From: Polymyxa betae A26-41
Taxonomy: Eukaryota > Protista > Endomyxa: Phytomyxea
Assembly: GCA_003693705.1 (NCBI GenBank)
Contig: RBZT01000789.1
Span: 16,880-80,879 of the forward strand
Length of the DNA: 64,000 nucleotides
Reading direction: 5' to 3'
A model generated the notes under the pieces. That model worked only from the letters and a program-made list of their open reading frames with translations. It had not been told where the DNA came from and ran no database searches. Position numbers and translations under genes: made by a program. How positions within the stretch are numbered: the first letter of the stretch is position 1; each line of letters starts with the position of its first letter. Below, one piece after another: positions 49,330 through 62,300 of the stretch.

Positions 49330-50108
49330 GCGGTTAGCGCAAAGAGTCCAGTACGACCGGGCAGCAACAATTCGAGATTGGAGCATTTCCTGATCGCTTA
49401 CTCATGGCAACAACAATTCTGCTGCATGTTAACAATATAGTACGATATCGAAACTTCGATGAGATCGTTCTCCAGGACTTGATCAGCAGAATAGCCCAAA
49501 GATGGATTAGACGAAGACTTGACTAACAGAAGAGCCTAAAGATGGTTTAGACGAAGGTCAGAGCCACGAATGATGCTGTTGACGGTCATCAGCAGCTGTC
49601 TGAAACCTCGGGAAGGTTTTTCGCAATTGCTACTGAGCTTTTTTTCAAAGTTGAACGAAAACAACACGTCTTGGCTTTGTTACAGCTGCTGTTTAGGTGA
49701 GGGTTAGTCATGAAGGGATCCAAGAACCAGCATCATGATTGCATTATTAAATCTTTCAGGGCTGTAATTCGGCTGCCGGCAGGAATTCACACAATCGATA
49801 GCGATGATTGACGACCCCATCGTGATCTGATCGAAGCTATAGAGCGTCGATGCAAGCTTGCAGCCAGACAGGCACGTTGATGGTTCCGATCGATCGAAGT
49901 TCGTAGCCACGAGAGGCGGTCACGATCATTGCTGGGTTGGTATTTGGCCATCCCAGGCCGAAGCATCGCGTTGCAGAACATCAATTGCAACAGCCTCAGA
50001 TAGGAATCCGTCAATGTTGATTGTTAAAGAATCCATCAACAAGAGGAGCATCTGTGTGAAATGGATGTCATCTGCCTAAAGTTATCTCAGAGCTTGTTAA
50101 AACACAGT

Positions 50109-50950
50109 TCATTGCACAATGGCGAATTTCTTCCAGATCTGGACAGACTGCAGATACTTGTCGTGATCGAGAGGAGTTCCAGAGCCGCCTTCTCGCAGCG
50201 GTAATGCATTCCTCATCATGGTGATCGGCGCCATCGGGATCTCTTCGCCTGCCATCTGGGCTTTCACCGAGATGACGCCCCATTCGATCGATTCAGGATG
50301 CACGTTCTCCTCGCCGGTCGCAGCGTTCTCTTTCATGATTTGTTCGCGGCTGTACAAAATCACATCGAGATATTTGGCAACAGGGCGTTCGACCTTCTCT
50401 CTACATCAGCGTTAAAACTGGTTAAAAACGAGTAAGATTAAATACTTTGGAAACCAACGAGACAGAACCGGGAGTTCATTATTGGTTCGAGCGACATAAT
50501 CGGATCTAGCAGCAGGAATCAGAAAACGAATAGGCAGAGCGAGTATTCTCTTACTCCAACAAATGGCGATTTTCTGGTGTGATTTCGATCGCATACGCCT
50601 GAGTATCGGTGAAGTTTGGAATGAAGAAATGCTTACAGAATGGGGCGTATCCAGGTTGTAAATGCGACTAAAAAACGTCAAATATTGAAGCAGAACGATG
50701 ATAGTAGGTACCGATTCAGGATTCGCTTTAATTAATTCGCCATAAATCTGAGTGAAATGTTCAGTAGAGAAAATTGAATGGGGGTGGGAATTCCGACCTC
50801 ATTGACACGGTTGATGAACGCATCTGGGCCACAACGAATATGGCCTGGTTGGTTTCGGTTGAACTGCCTCAGACAGAATGGCTCGAGCGAGAAGTACTTG
50901 GTGGCCGTGCTCATGCTGCTCCTGGATCGCCACAGGATTCGAAATGACAT
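50109..50950 (-). CDS. DUF3228 family protein, multi-exon
   Basis: FCLRQF, GYAPFCKH, SDYVARTNNELPVLSRWF, AKYLDVILYSREQI, PMAPITMMRNAL..EGGSG. Confidence 0.85.
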
Positions 50951-53900
50951 TAATGAGGGCGCTCTTCACGGAGTCGGGATGATTCCATTGAAAAACGATT
51001 CGTTCAAGAGCTCTCATGAAATCAGACAGCTTTCACCAAACAGAATGAAAAATTGTCATTAAGACCAGATATGAGAGATGTTATTGCTGGAAAGAGAAGC
51101 ACCTGATTAAAGACATGAAATTTGAGGCAGAATACTTTGGAGATTAAACCCTAACCCTTTGCTTCTTATTCAATCCGATGGAGGTCGAATTAATGTTACC
51201 GAGAGAGGATGCGAAAGGAGAATTATCGAAGGGCTTGATACAGTGGATATCATGGCAAAGCTATTTGCCTTCTGTAATGAAGATATTCCTATACAGGAAC
51301 GAGCGCCATTTCGATGCACTTTTTTTCGACGAACGAGATGATGCGAAGCTGAACAATTAGATCAGAGGATGCAGCAGATGACGACGCAGCGGATTCGTTG
51401 TGTCAGGGCCAGAAAGTACTTAAGCAGATGTTGGAATCGCCGATGCTGGAGGCGGAACCAAGCTGACAGCCGATATGAACAGACAAATAATGACACGATT
51501 GGCGTCATGGTGTGATTAATGGGGCGATGGGGTTTCCTAATCACAGCTTTCAAGCGGTGCCTATTCCAACCATATCCAAGATTGTAGATGTGAAAGTCGC
51601 CAACGAGCCAGCACATTCGACGCTGTGAACGATTCAAACGTGGAATCTTTCATATGCCCGAGCCGAATCCACCGAAGCTGTTAGCTGTCGATGAATCTCG
51701 CTCGCACAATTCACCGGCAGCTAACTCTTCGCTTCCCGATCGGGACAGCGGTTCCACAGGGTATGTACGACCTGACGATATCATCAGACGGGATGCCCGA
51801 TCGAAATCGACCACGCTGGCTGCACCTCGAAGATCAAACCAGGAGCATATCTAGTCCTGAGGCTATTAGCCTTTAGGTAAAAGTAGGACCCGGGATGAAC
51901 GGCATCTAGACATCAAGGACCAGTACGTCAGCTGGTCTGTTCGAACACACGGCTTGACGAGCTAGCGGAAAAGAGTGACAATGTCAGTTGCAGATTTCAT
52001 CAGCTGTTGGATTACCTGCAATTGCAATGTCATTGAAGGGCCCTCAAAGCGGATGATATGGTATGGCACTTTAAAATCTATAAACAGCATCCCTTCGACT
52101 CAAGTTATCGCTAATAAACCGCCATTAAAGACACTGCCGAAAGATTGGTCAGACATCGATGTTCGTTTCTCGATTTCACCAATTACCATTGAGCCAGATT
52201 TCCACTTGTAACACAGATGGCTCGTTGTGTCAGACATCGGGACTGCACATGACCCAGCACCTGATGGGCAGCCCTTTGTCCAGCGGCATTTAATGGGACA
52301 CAAAAAAATCAAAGTTTGCTGGGTGACCAACAGCTCCAATCGGTACCGCTTGTGGTGCTCGTAGAACCAGGCAAACTCAGACAGTCAGGTGCCACTGGAT
52401 GCATGGCAATCAACGTTACGTTTGTGATACTAGGTTTGAGTTAACGTTACGTTTATGTTACCAGCTAGTTAATGTTACACGTTTATGTGTCATGTAGCAA
52501 CAGCATGTGGTCAAGACAGGAGGATTGACCCTGAGGCAATTGACGTTACCAAGCTGCCGATCGTCTACAGCGGCTGTCGAACTTGGATGGAATGGTGGCA
52601 TGAATACAACATAGTAAGGGTCAGTAAGGGCTTGGACATCACTATGAGAGGCAGCGTAAGCATTGCGCTCATCATAGACATCATTGTAGAGGAACTTATC
52701 TGATCGCTTGATAATTGATGATGTGACGATCTAAGTAGCATAATGAGGTTTTGTTTGGAACAGGGAACAGAGAGAAGTCTTAACCCGAAAATAGCACCTT
52801 GGGGTTAGAATTGAATGATCCATATTTTCCTATGAACTGAGAGTTTCCTTGAAAACTGAAATGCAACACCAATTTGAAAAAAACACCATGGTGTTCTAAT
52901 CGAATAAAAGACCGGCCTTGATGAAAAGTATGTATTATCACAGGTCCCGTCACTTTCCTTTTTCGAAGATCCATCCTTCTCATTCGTTGCTGAATTCTTT
53001 GACGTATGGTCTACTCCTAGACTTACGCTCCCGCTTCGCATTCGGCTGCTCGGCATCATGCATGGAAGTCGCTCCGCCTCTCTCGTCTTCCGATGCCGGC
53101 CTGCCAGGTGAACGAACGATCCTGTCGACGAAGGCGGGAATCGTGGCAATAATTTTCCAAGAAAATCGTGTAGGTGTTTGGTGGCCGCCCAGGCAGATTT
53201 GATGGCGCTCTGAATATTGCCGATTCGATGATTAGTACAAGCGTCACTAGCAAACGTTAACGGTGTCGCAGCCGTGACTTCGGATTTCCACCAGCTTGAA
53301 GAACCGCTCGATTTATTTTGACATTAGTAAAACTGCTCCATAATGCAACAGTGTATGGCACCTTGGAAAGGCGTTTTTCGAGAATTTATCGCCGAGAAAG
53401 GCTCAGACTGTGAGCCCAGCGTGAATGGAACTGGCAGACTAGGCCAGAAAATGTCTGGGAATTCCATCATCTCATTATTAAGTGTTTCAATCAAGATCTC
53501 GTCAAGATCATCGCCAAACGGAGATGGAATAAAATTAATCCTGCCGTCCTATTTCAGAATGCTGCTATCTATATCAACTTACTTTCAATAACGACAGACA
53601 AACCCATCCGCGACAAAACTCTGTCCGGATTTTGTTTTCATAACGACAAATGGCGCCTGGTCGATGGCGTCAATCTCGACGACAGCCTCAAGGTATTTGA
53701 TGTTAAGATCGGCCGCGAGCAAATTGTGTTTTTCACGGGCAAAATCGCACCCAAATGCTGCTTCGTCACGAATGAAATGTTTACGTACCAGAAATTTAAA
53801 GCGAACGACTTTCAATGTTCGATCTTCTCAGGATAGGTCAACATGCGGCATTTCTAACGGTGGCTGTAATATTTTTTAAGAATTTTATATTTTAAATATA

Positions 53901-53986
53901 GTGATAAAATAAATAAAGAATCAGACCAGGGTAATCACTACCGACATATTGACGATGTCATCGCGTGCATCTCGTCTTCTTAACCA

Positions 53987-55350
53987 ATGCCAGCCGCCGT
54001 GACGGCCGGCTGCCATCACCGTACCCAGTCAGGAAAGAGTTTTAATCTCAAATACAGATACTGGCGTCGGGCCGCCTTTGCGGCCAACAACGGCGCCTTG
54101 GCCAGCAGGCCGAGCAGCTCCCAGGTAAAAGCAAACGGGAAGACTGCAATGGCCCGCTCAGGGCGCCAGGTGCCAGCGGCGACCCCCAAGCGCTCTGGCT
54201 AACGGCTTGCCTCGATTTGCTAATCTCGGGAAAAAAATATCGAGATTGGATCCATGTTGTCAACTTCACAGTAGCTTAATATCGTTTCAACAGGGATTCC
54301 TGTCGCTTCTTCTACGACAGGGAGTGCCGCTCTCATGGCTTCCAGACTTTCAGCTGCTATGGCTTGGATGGAATGGGATCAGAACTCGGTGACCAGTATG
54401 GGCGTGTTCATCCTCTTTTTTCGGGGCAGCCCACCCTCTCGAGAGGTAGGTTCAAGTAGAAAGATTAATTACGTGAACAGAAGAAACCTGGCTGCAAGTA
54501 TACCGGGACGCGAAACCGCACAGAAGGCTGAGCGCACTGGACAAAGGCTGCGCCGTCCTGCAGGTTATTGATTGCAGCTCTGGACATGACTACAGCTGCT
54601 GAGTGGTCGGCGCCCCAGCTGCTGCTGCTTTGTCGGTGGTAACACCAACGCCAAAAAAACGTGGCAGGAAACCTAAAGGCGGCTCAGGGCCGCACCGAAG
54701 TTCGCTGGACAACGAAATGGTAGAGGCTTTCATGATGAAGGCGAGATTCGTGGACTTTAAGTTTTTTTTTGAGATGCCAAGGATTCCCGCGAAATATCGG
54801 AAGGGTGGTCTAAGGATGCTTGCAGAGTTTCGGTAGTTTTCAATCCGGTTGTCGATGGCGATCGATGTCGACAGCAGTTTGGGAAACTGCAGAAAAAGTG
54901 GCGCGACCATAAACCGGATGGGAAGGAATCTACCAAAACGGGGAATCAAGGTCCTGTCGGCGACGTGAAAGATGAAAAGTTTGCTATGTCTATGCAGTAT
55001 TGCTTCTTGGTGTTGGACTGTTGATCGTCGTCGCAGATATGAAGCCGAAAAGCAGATGAAGCTGAAATTGACCCAAACCGAGAAAGGCATTCAGTTATGC
55101 CCTGTAAAGGCATTGCAATTTTGGCAAACATTCAGTGGAGGTTTCACTGGCGTTTCGGATGTGTTGCAGGCAATTGCCTCATCGCTGTCCGGGGGCGGTT
55201 CCAATGATGTTGAAATCAAAGCGTTCCTCTAGGAAGATCGAGAGGAAACTGATGAAAAAAACAAATGAGACGATGGAACGGGTTGGAGCCCATCTCGATC
55301 GCGCTGCTGCAGTACAGGAAACAGTGCTCAACTTATGCAGTCGATGATGT
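53987..55350 (+). pseudogene. Myb/SANT-like DNA-binding protein of a PIF/Harbinger element, frameshifted
   Basis: DNEMVEAFMMKARF then, after a slip in the T-run at ~54762-54770, EGWSKDA..V..DGDRCRQQFGKLQKKW..KTGN. Confidence 0.65.
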
Positions 55351-55444
55351 CAACCAATAAACCCTGACTTTGATGATTGTCTATGACTGCCAGAGCATTT
55401 CTCGAATCGTATCACGTTTCTTCCAGGCTGCATGACCTGAAAGT

Positions 55445-56410
55445 GATTCGGCATGTATCATCCTCGAGGTCGATCAAGACATTGTGGAGAATGAAGCACT
55501 CTGATCAACCGAGCCATTTGCATGACTCCGATTTTGTCACTTGTGGTGTCCTAGCCGTTGTTGGCATTTTTCCTTCTGGTTCAGAGGTCGTTTAAAAGTT
55601 CGGAAACGACCCTTGAGTAAACCGGTTGCAACCTCCACAGTGATTCTCGTTCATTTGTGAAGACAGTTATAGTTTCTTTCTTTACGCGGAATGTTCTCCG
55701 AAATCTCATATGGAATCATGCGGTAAGTTAAGAGCTGGTATCCCAGATCACAATAATGATTTTTGGGGCTAGCAGCAATCTTCCGATATCTTGGCCAAAG
55801 CGAGACCGGTTGAACACACATTTCTCGTTGTCTGATCCGGGCCGAAGACAGTAATTCTGTGGCTTGAATCGGAGATTCAACCAAAATAAGAAATAATAAG
55901 GAAAAAGTAATCTGTTTATTGCCACGGCATCAATGCTCCTTGTAAAGAAAAAGGAATGCAAATTCTCGTTATGGGACCTTCCAAGACTTCATGTAACATA
56001 ACATGTAACATAACAGTTAAAGTAGGGCGCAATATGTGTTCGCAATTATTACTACACTACACACTTCCTCCTCCCAAAAGTTTTCATAGAAAACTAAGGC
56101 GGTTGTAGTGAGACTTGAACACATTCTGAAAGGGACCGAGCATCAGTAAATAATCATAAGTGGCAAGTTATGGGAAAAGGTCTGCTCCAAGTCAGTTACA
56201 CCTTCAGGCCCGCACTCTTGATTACCAATTGCAGACGTTCTGCAAGTGGATGATGAAGATGTGCACGATAGAACCTTCGAACCATCGACGGTGCATCCGT
56301 CACGATAACATAACAATTAAAGTAGGGCGCAATAATTGTTCGCAATTATTACTGCACTACACAGTAATTTCGGATCCGTTTCTTGTGATCGACGACGATT
56401 TGGAGCAGTA
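55445..56410 (-). mobile_element. PIF/Harbinger DDE transposase remnant, interrupted by an LTR element
   Basis: QIVVDHKKRIRNYC|LRPGSDNEKCVFNRS; DLGYQL..MIPY..ERNYN..H*TRITVEVATGLLKGRFR; FILHN. Confidence 0.8.
55856..56363 (-). mobile_element. Internally deleted LTR retrotransposon with 5-bp TSD
   Basis: GTAAT at 55851-55855 and 56364-56368; truncated 5' LTR 56305-56363 matches 56005-56063; PPT GGGAGGAGGAAG (56064-56075, minus strand) before a ~208-bp 3' LTR. Confidence 0.75.
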
Positions 56411-56619
56411 TGGGAATTACTACACGCTTGATAAACGTTTGGAATGAGAACGAATTCTATAACTATATATAGTCACATGGAAAATGGTGATGAAGGTAGG
56501 GCTCACGCACTCAGCGGAACATTCCTGCTCAGAACTCTACTGCGGCACCATGGTACATTGGAAGATTCTAACCAGTGGGAGTCGCTCCAAAACCCTCTGC
56601 GACGAATGTTGCCTTGTCG

Positions 56620-57140
56620 TGCATGAACTGGCTACTAAGTTTGCGGAAGTGTCCAGGCACCAAAGGTTTCGTTAAATGATCCGCCATGTTCACGTTACTC
56701 TGACAGTAATATAAGCCATAATGATCGTGCCATTTTTGTGCTCATCTGGCAGAAAGTGATACTTGACATCAATATCCTTCGTATGCAACGCCTCCTCGTT
56801 CGTGATCATCGCGAAAGTAGACCCGTTGTCCTCGTACAAGATAGTTGGTTCACGTTGCTCGAGCCCTATCTTGGTCAGTATCTGACGAATCCACTTAACG
56901 TCATGAGTCGCCTTTGCTGCTGCAATAAATTCCGCTTCAACTGTAAATAGCGCCACGCACGTTTGCTTCTTGAATGCCCACATGATAGCCCTGAAGAAAT
57001 ATCAGATGGCCACTTTTGGATTTAGGGTTACCCGAATCTCGGAAACTCTCATCGACATATGCCTTTAGTGCAGGTACGGAATCCTGTAGCTTGAACGTAA
57101 TTCCAATCGTTTTTGTGCCTTTCAAATATCTTAAAATATG
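56620..57140 (-). mobile_element. Ty1/copia RT C-terminus/RNase H remnant (frameshifted)
   Basis: ILRYLKGT, AYVD, KKQTCVAL.TVEAEFIAA, LYEDN, KDIDVKYHF, ADHLTKPL. Confidence 0.92.
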
Positions 57141-57315
57141 TTAAAAAAGCCCCTAAAAAGCCGGCCATTTAGGGCGCGCAGATTCGTTCACGGGGTTTCT
57201 TAAATTCCTGCGTTCGGCGCTTCGTGAGGTTTATTTAGATCCCTTTGTAAGGGGTATCCTGTGAAATTATCATGCCAAGTACGGGCCTGCTTTCCCGAGC
57301 ATTTTTCTATCTGAA

Positions 57316-58110
57316 TTAGGAGTGCGGGAACCGCTCACCCCAGTGCCGAACAAACTTTTCGAATCTGTCATTGCAGTGGCGCTGCAGACAGTATGATTGG
57401 GTCAACGGCAGAGCACCAGGCACTGCGAAGTGCTGGTTCCATGTAATTGACCCCGACGCCGCTGCTCTGGAAGATGTCGTATACTCGCTTGACGACGTCC
57501 AGTATCTCGACATTCGACTTGCATTTGGCCAGCTGCTTTCGCTCCTCGATGTCGAGCGACGCGTTCAGGCGTTGGCGTTTCGGTTACGGCCTGCTGGTCC
57601 CGGCGACTTCATCATCGGAGACATCCGCGTTCTGGGCCGTAACCTCCGCTGCGACTGCAGCCTGGGAATATTTCCGGGCGAGAACCCGAGTGATCGCGTT
57701 GGCAATCTCTCCAAGTCTGGCTTCAGCGACCGTGTTGAAGAGCTTCTGGAGATAGACGTCCAGATCGTCGCAATCATCGTCGCGACTGGTCGTCTTGCTC
57801 AGCTCGATCACATTACGCTGTTCGCGCGCCTCTTAGATATTTTGCGCCACCATGCGCTCCACGAACTTGGCTGCCACCAACACAAAATCGCAATGATCCA
57901 GCGCGTTGATGGTGACATCCATGGCCGGACCGGGTTGTCCATGTGGATCGGGCGCCACTCAAATTCAGCAGCAAATCGTCGTGAAAAAGTTAAGTAAAAA
58001 GAAAGTGTATCCATCGACTTATTCCTGACGTTTCGCGATCTCCAACACCGTTAGCGCGTCCAAGAAATATCGCTTCGCAGAATTGAAGTTCTTATGGCGA
58101 ACCGACAGCA
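57316..58110 (-). pseudogene. Decayed ORF with in-frame stops, probably transposon-derived
   Basis: Protein-like frame broken by stops; ends VDPII/CLQRHCNDRFEKFVRHWGERFPHS. Confidence 0.45.
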
Positions 58111-58399
58111 TAATCTGGGCGAGGTCACCTCACCCCAGAACGACAGAATCTATCCCGACTTGCGGGTGGTGTGAGTCCCCATAGACCCGGACGGGTGACA
58201 GCTTTCCTGGATCGCGTTGTTTAATCTGAATGAATAAGCTGTTTTTTTAAAGAACGTTCCGCGCTCATCGACGGGCAGAACTCGCGCGGGACGTTCCCGC
58301 ATAAAATAATCAAGGACTCAAAATCTCCAATATTTTTGAGAAATAAATCCTTGACTTGAATTTATAATGATGAAGATATTTCTTGATGGAAGTGTCGCT

Positions 58400-58600
58400 G
58401 ATAGAAGGGTCCCAATGAGAGACGTGGCCTCCGGAGACCTCTGACAGAGGAATAATATATGGAATTTAATTTGAAGCAATTGGAATTATTCACGGGCTCC
58501 GTTAAATTCTACTGGCGAATAATTACCACTGAAGGGGTTAAACGTGACCCGAAGAAGTACGTAGAAGCTGTCCGCGCAATTCCGCACCCACGTAATGCAC
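58400..58600 (+). mobile_element. Ty3/gypsy reverse transcriptase remnant
   Basis: VKFYWRIITTEGVKRDPK/YVEAVRAIPHP resembles the RT C-terminal VKFLGH.I..EG..PDP.K..AI..P.P motif. Confidence 0.6.
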
Positions 58601-59149
58601 GGTATATTTCTGATGACTGCTCAACGGATGAGTAGGTCAATTCTGATCGTTAATACGTGTTTGCAGGAATTCCATTCGGTCTCATCCCCACATCAGCCGC
58701 CTTCAGCGAACAGTCAGCGCGATCTTCGACGGCAGCATCAGTGCCGTTCCGTTTCAAGACGATGTGACCATCGGATCATTCTATATCGAAGGTCACGTTT
58801 CCGACCTCGTTGATACAATCATCCGCTTTGTAGCAATCGTCTACTTCAGAGATCACACAAACGAATGCAGGTGAAATCCGAATGGAATCTCTTCCATCCA
58901 GCTCGGTCCGGTTATTCCGCCACGGAGTCCGTAGCGGAGTCGGACCGACTATAGGGGTAGTTTATATATATGAAAAGTAATGAATAGTTTTTTTGGAAAT
59001 TATTGTAATAATTGACACAGCTTGACATCTGCCAATCTACGACTCCGACTCAGCAGTTGTTATCTGCCAGTTTACGACTCCGTCTCAACATGTAAAAATT
59101 CTTTAAACAGTCGCTAGCTCCATCTCCTAGGATAGGCTCTCTCTATTCA

Positions 59150-59702
59150 CGATATCGTCTTTCACCGTCGCAAAATTAATCGATATCCAGAAATGACCTG
59201 CTCCGCAGTCCGGCAAACAGGTGCAGCAATATCATGGCCTTCCGCGATTTCATTCCGGACTATGCTACTCTAGCAGCCCCGCTCGAGCAACTCCGTTCCT
59301 CCGCGCACATTCAGCCCTCAGACTGGACCCCATAAGCCGAAGCGGCGTTTCCGGCAACCAAGGCTATCCTTTCGGATGCTCCCATCCTAACATTTTCGGA
59401 TTTCGACAAGCATTTCTGTGTCGCATTTGACGCCTCGGGAACCGGTCTTCCCGGTGCTCTGTATCAGCTCGCAGATCCGTCGCAGCCAGACACCGCCTCT
59501 AACCTTCGATGGAACACATTCGCTGCTCGGGCTCTCCATCAATCATGGCCATCGTTTTCACCCTGAAAATACTCCATTTCTATTTATAGGGCAACCGCTT
59601 TCACCTTTACAGATCACAAGTCACTGACTTTCCTGTTTACACAGAAAGAGCTCAATCCAATGCTGACCGGGTGGCTCGAAACTATTCTAACGTACGACTC
59701 TA
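59150..59702 (+). mobile_element. Ty3/gypsy RT-connection/RNase H remnant
   Basis: FRDFIPDYATLAAPLEQLR; APILTFSDFDKHFCVAFDASGTG; AIVFTLK; TDHKSLTFLFTQKELN..W. Confidence 0.85.
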
Positions 59703-59949
59703 AGCATGGGCCCTTTACGCCTTACTTTCGGACAGCGCCGCAATCCACACAATGGTGATTGCGTTACCGCTCACGTTACCCGCCAGCAGCTCGAGACAGC
59801 TGATTCAAATCGGGTCGAGGCGCCGCCACTGTCAACCGACTGGCTCGGCCTCGGCTGTTCAAATGCCGAGCCGGAGGCCCCTGCGTCTCTATCACTGATT
59901 CTGCCAGCTTCATACAGCCATACAATCTCGGGCTCCAATGCCGCTGATC

Positions 59950-61450
59950 TGTCCGCGTCCTCTCTGGTCACGTTCGAGGCGATGGTGGAATTCTGTCGTA
60001 CTACAGACATCCGTGAATTTCTCCTTACGTTGGGTATCACCGAATCCCAGATCCAGGCTAGGACGAGGACGATCTCCGGAATTCAGCTCCATTGCCACGT
60101 GAGCGGCAGATTAATCGATATCTCCGAGATACGTTACATGCATGCGGCTCGGACTTACCCGCGATATATTGATAGTTGCGGTCTGTGTCTATCTGAAGCT
60201 GACATCAGCTCCAATTGGACAATTACCGTCAGATATTCAATATCTCTTCACTTATAATGTTAAACCTGTCATAGAATGTTTCAGAGGTTAGTAACAGGGT
60301 TTTTTGCGGTTCAATGCTGCTAAAACCCTAAGAGATCATTACTGTGGACTGCTTAGTCTTTTCATTGCAAAATTCGGCGACCCTTTCAAAGTTCACAAGT
60401 TTGTAAAACGCAGCTGCAGCACAAACGTACCTTGTTTTACGCCGTCACTGCCCAAAGACCCTAGCACGCTGATGGAGATCGTCAAGAACGAGCGCGGCGA
60501 GCTCACATGTCCGCATCTTGGAAAGCTGATGAAATTCAAAGGCCGTACGAAACTCCGCATTCTCCAGCAACTGCTGGGCGAGTATCCCAAACGCCACCTG
60601 GCCAGCTGTTTAAGAGACGGTGTGCGCGATGCACGCGCCGTCTTGCACTGTCTCGAGAATCAACATGAGGGGCGTCGTTCTCGACGTCCACATTCTACCA
60701 GCGACGGCCGAATCTGCTTTCGGACGGGAATTGCGGCTGCTCCTCCTCTCGGAAGCGTCAACGATTCGAAGATGGTGTCATGGACTCAGGGTGCTCTCAA
60801 ACCCTAAACCCTCCTGTTGGTGACACTCCACCTGCTTTTGTCGGAGACAGCTCGAAGATTTTAAATTATAATGATATGCTCGACCTCTGCGCGAGGATTA
60901 GCGCTGCGGACTACTTCGCGTCTCTCGGGATCGGCGCAAACTCCGTCCAAGTCGGAATCAAGTCGGAGCGATTGGCCCCGAAGAAAGTGAAGATCGGGTC
61001 GGAGGTTGTTGACGTTACCGAGCTACGTTACATGTTTGCTGCCCAGACCACCCGTGATATCCTCATATTTGCACTGTTCGCCCAACTCAAGCTCAACAAT
61101 CTTCCGGCCAGTAAGATGCGGAACAAGATCAGATTTCGAATAGTTCGCTGTGTGAGACCTGCATTAAAATGTTTCAAAAGGTATCCGTAAAAACTTTTGT
61201 ATTTATTGAGATTGCCTTATTCCTAATTGGCATCATCATCACAGAGCATTACGGTGGCGACCTCCGAACGTTTGCTGAAAGATATGGTGACCCTTTTAAG
61301 ATTCTGCTCTTTCCAACTACTTGCTGTGATTCAATTCTGGCAGCTCGCAGAATCTGAAACTTTTCAACCCGCATTCCGTAACTGCTACAAGAAGCTCCTT
61401 TCAGCCAATGTCTCCGTCGCAATTTTTCTCACCACCCAATAAACTTATTA
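59950..61450 (+). pseudogene. Two tandem, decayed paralogous units of unknown function
   Basis: EFLLTLGI..IDISEIRYMHAA..VKPVIECFRDHYCG..FIAKFGDPFK versus DYFASLGI..VDVTELRYMFAA..VRPALKCF..HYGGD..FAERYGDPFK. Confidence 0.55.
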
Positions 61451-62021
61451 ATGTACTCTGCTACTCTAGAAACTCCTTGTCGTCCTAACGCTGTGGGTTG
61501 ACTTCTTCAATCCAATCGCTACTTCGAAATATAATACAGTTATAAACAATTGTGAATGTCCTATGTTCGCAATGGTGCTGTGTCCACAGGGATCTGCTGC
61601 TGTCTTGTTGACTAAGTTCCTCTTTCAGGTTCGCGCACATGGAGGTGCAAAACACTTAGGACCAGTTAGGGGTAGGAACTTTTCTATATCTTCTTTATTT
61701 TTTAAAATAATTAGTCAAATAAATGGCCGGGGAGATAGGAAGGATGCGGGCCTGGAAGGCCGTGACAGTAGAGCAGCCCAACGCAACTCCAGACTCACCC
61801 ATCTGTTTGGGCGCTGTTACAGTTACGGTTGAGCGGGCACCCAAGAAAGCGTATCCGGCTTGACCGGTTACATAACCGATTTGTTGTATTGGCTAATTGT
61901 CGATAAATCATAGAAAAATTGCTACCGTTGCCATCACTTTAACCCTACAACTTTTACAAATCAATTCAAAAAGTGCGTACGCAGTTTGTATATGTTCTAT
62001 TATATTTTTTCTAAAGATTCC

Positions 62022-62300
62022 TTAAAGTTCTTTAAAAATGCGAACAGGAATCGAGCGGTGACTCTTGTACTTCTTCACGGCATATTCAATTTGCTCCGAA
62101 TTGAGGCTCGTACCGTCCGAAGTGCTGATTCGATACGCATCCATGTATCTGAAGCATTTTCTAGCAAACTCCTAATGGAAGATAATGGCACATTCAATTG
62201 GAGACAGTAGAATGTGCGTGACTGCGCACAATCAATAATCTGAAACTGCGTGAAATATTTCTGTAATTCCCCCTACATTTTTCAAATGATCACTCTCCAT
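62022..62300 (-). mobile_element. Tc1/mariner (IS630-like) transposase C-terminal remnant
   Basis: FARKCFRYMDAYR...QIEYAVKKYKSHRSIP. Confidence 0.65.

Noticed and set aside
52270-52310. QRHLMGH as tyrosine recombinase box II
   Set aside because: No upstream HxxR or downstream Tyr in frame; too short to support
53056-53253. HMG-box remnant (GRPPNTYTIF)
   Set aside because: Single short motif with frameshifts; not enough to call
57371-57997. 208-aa + strand ORF
   Set aside because: Reads as the antisense of the decayed minus-strand ORF
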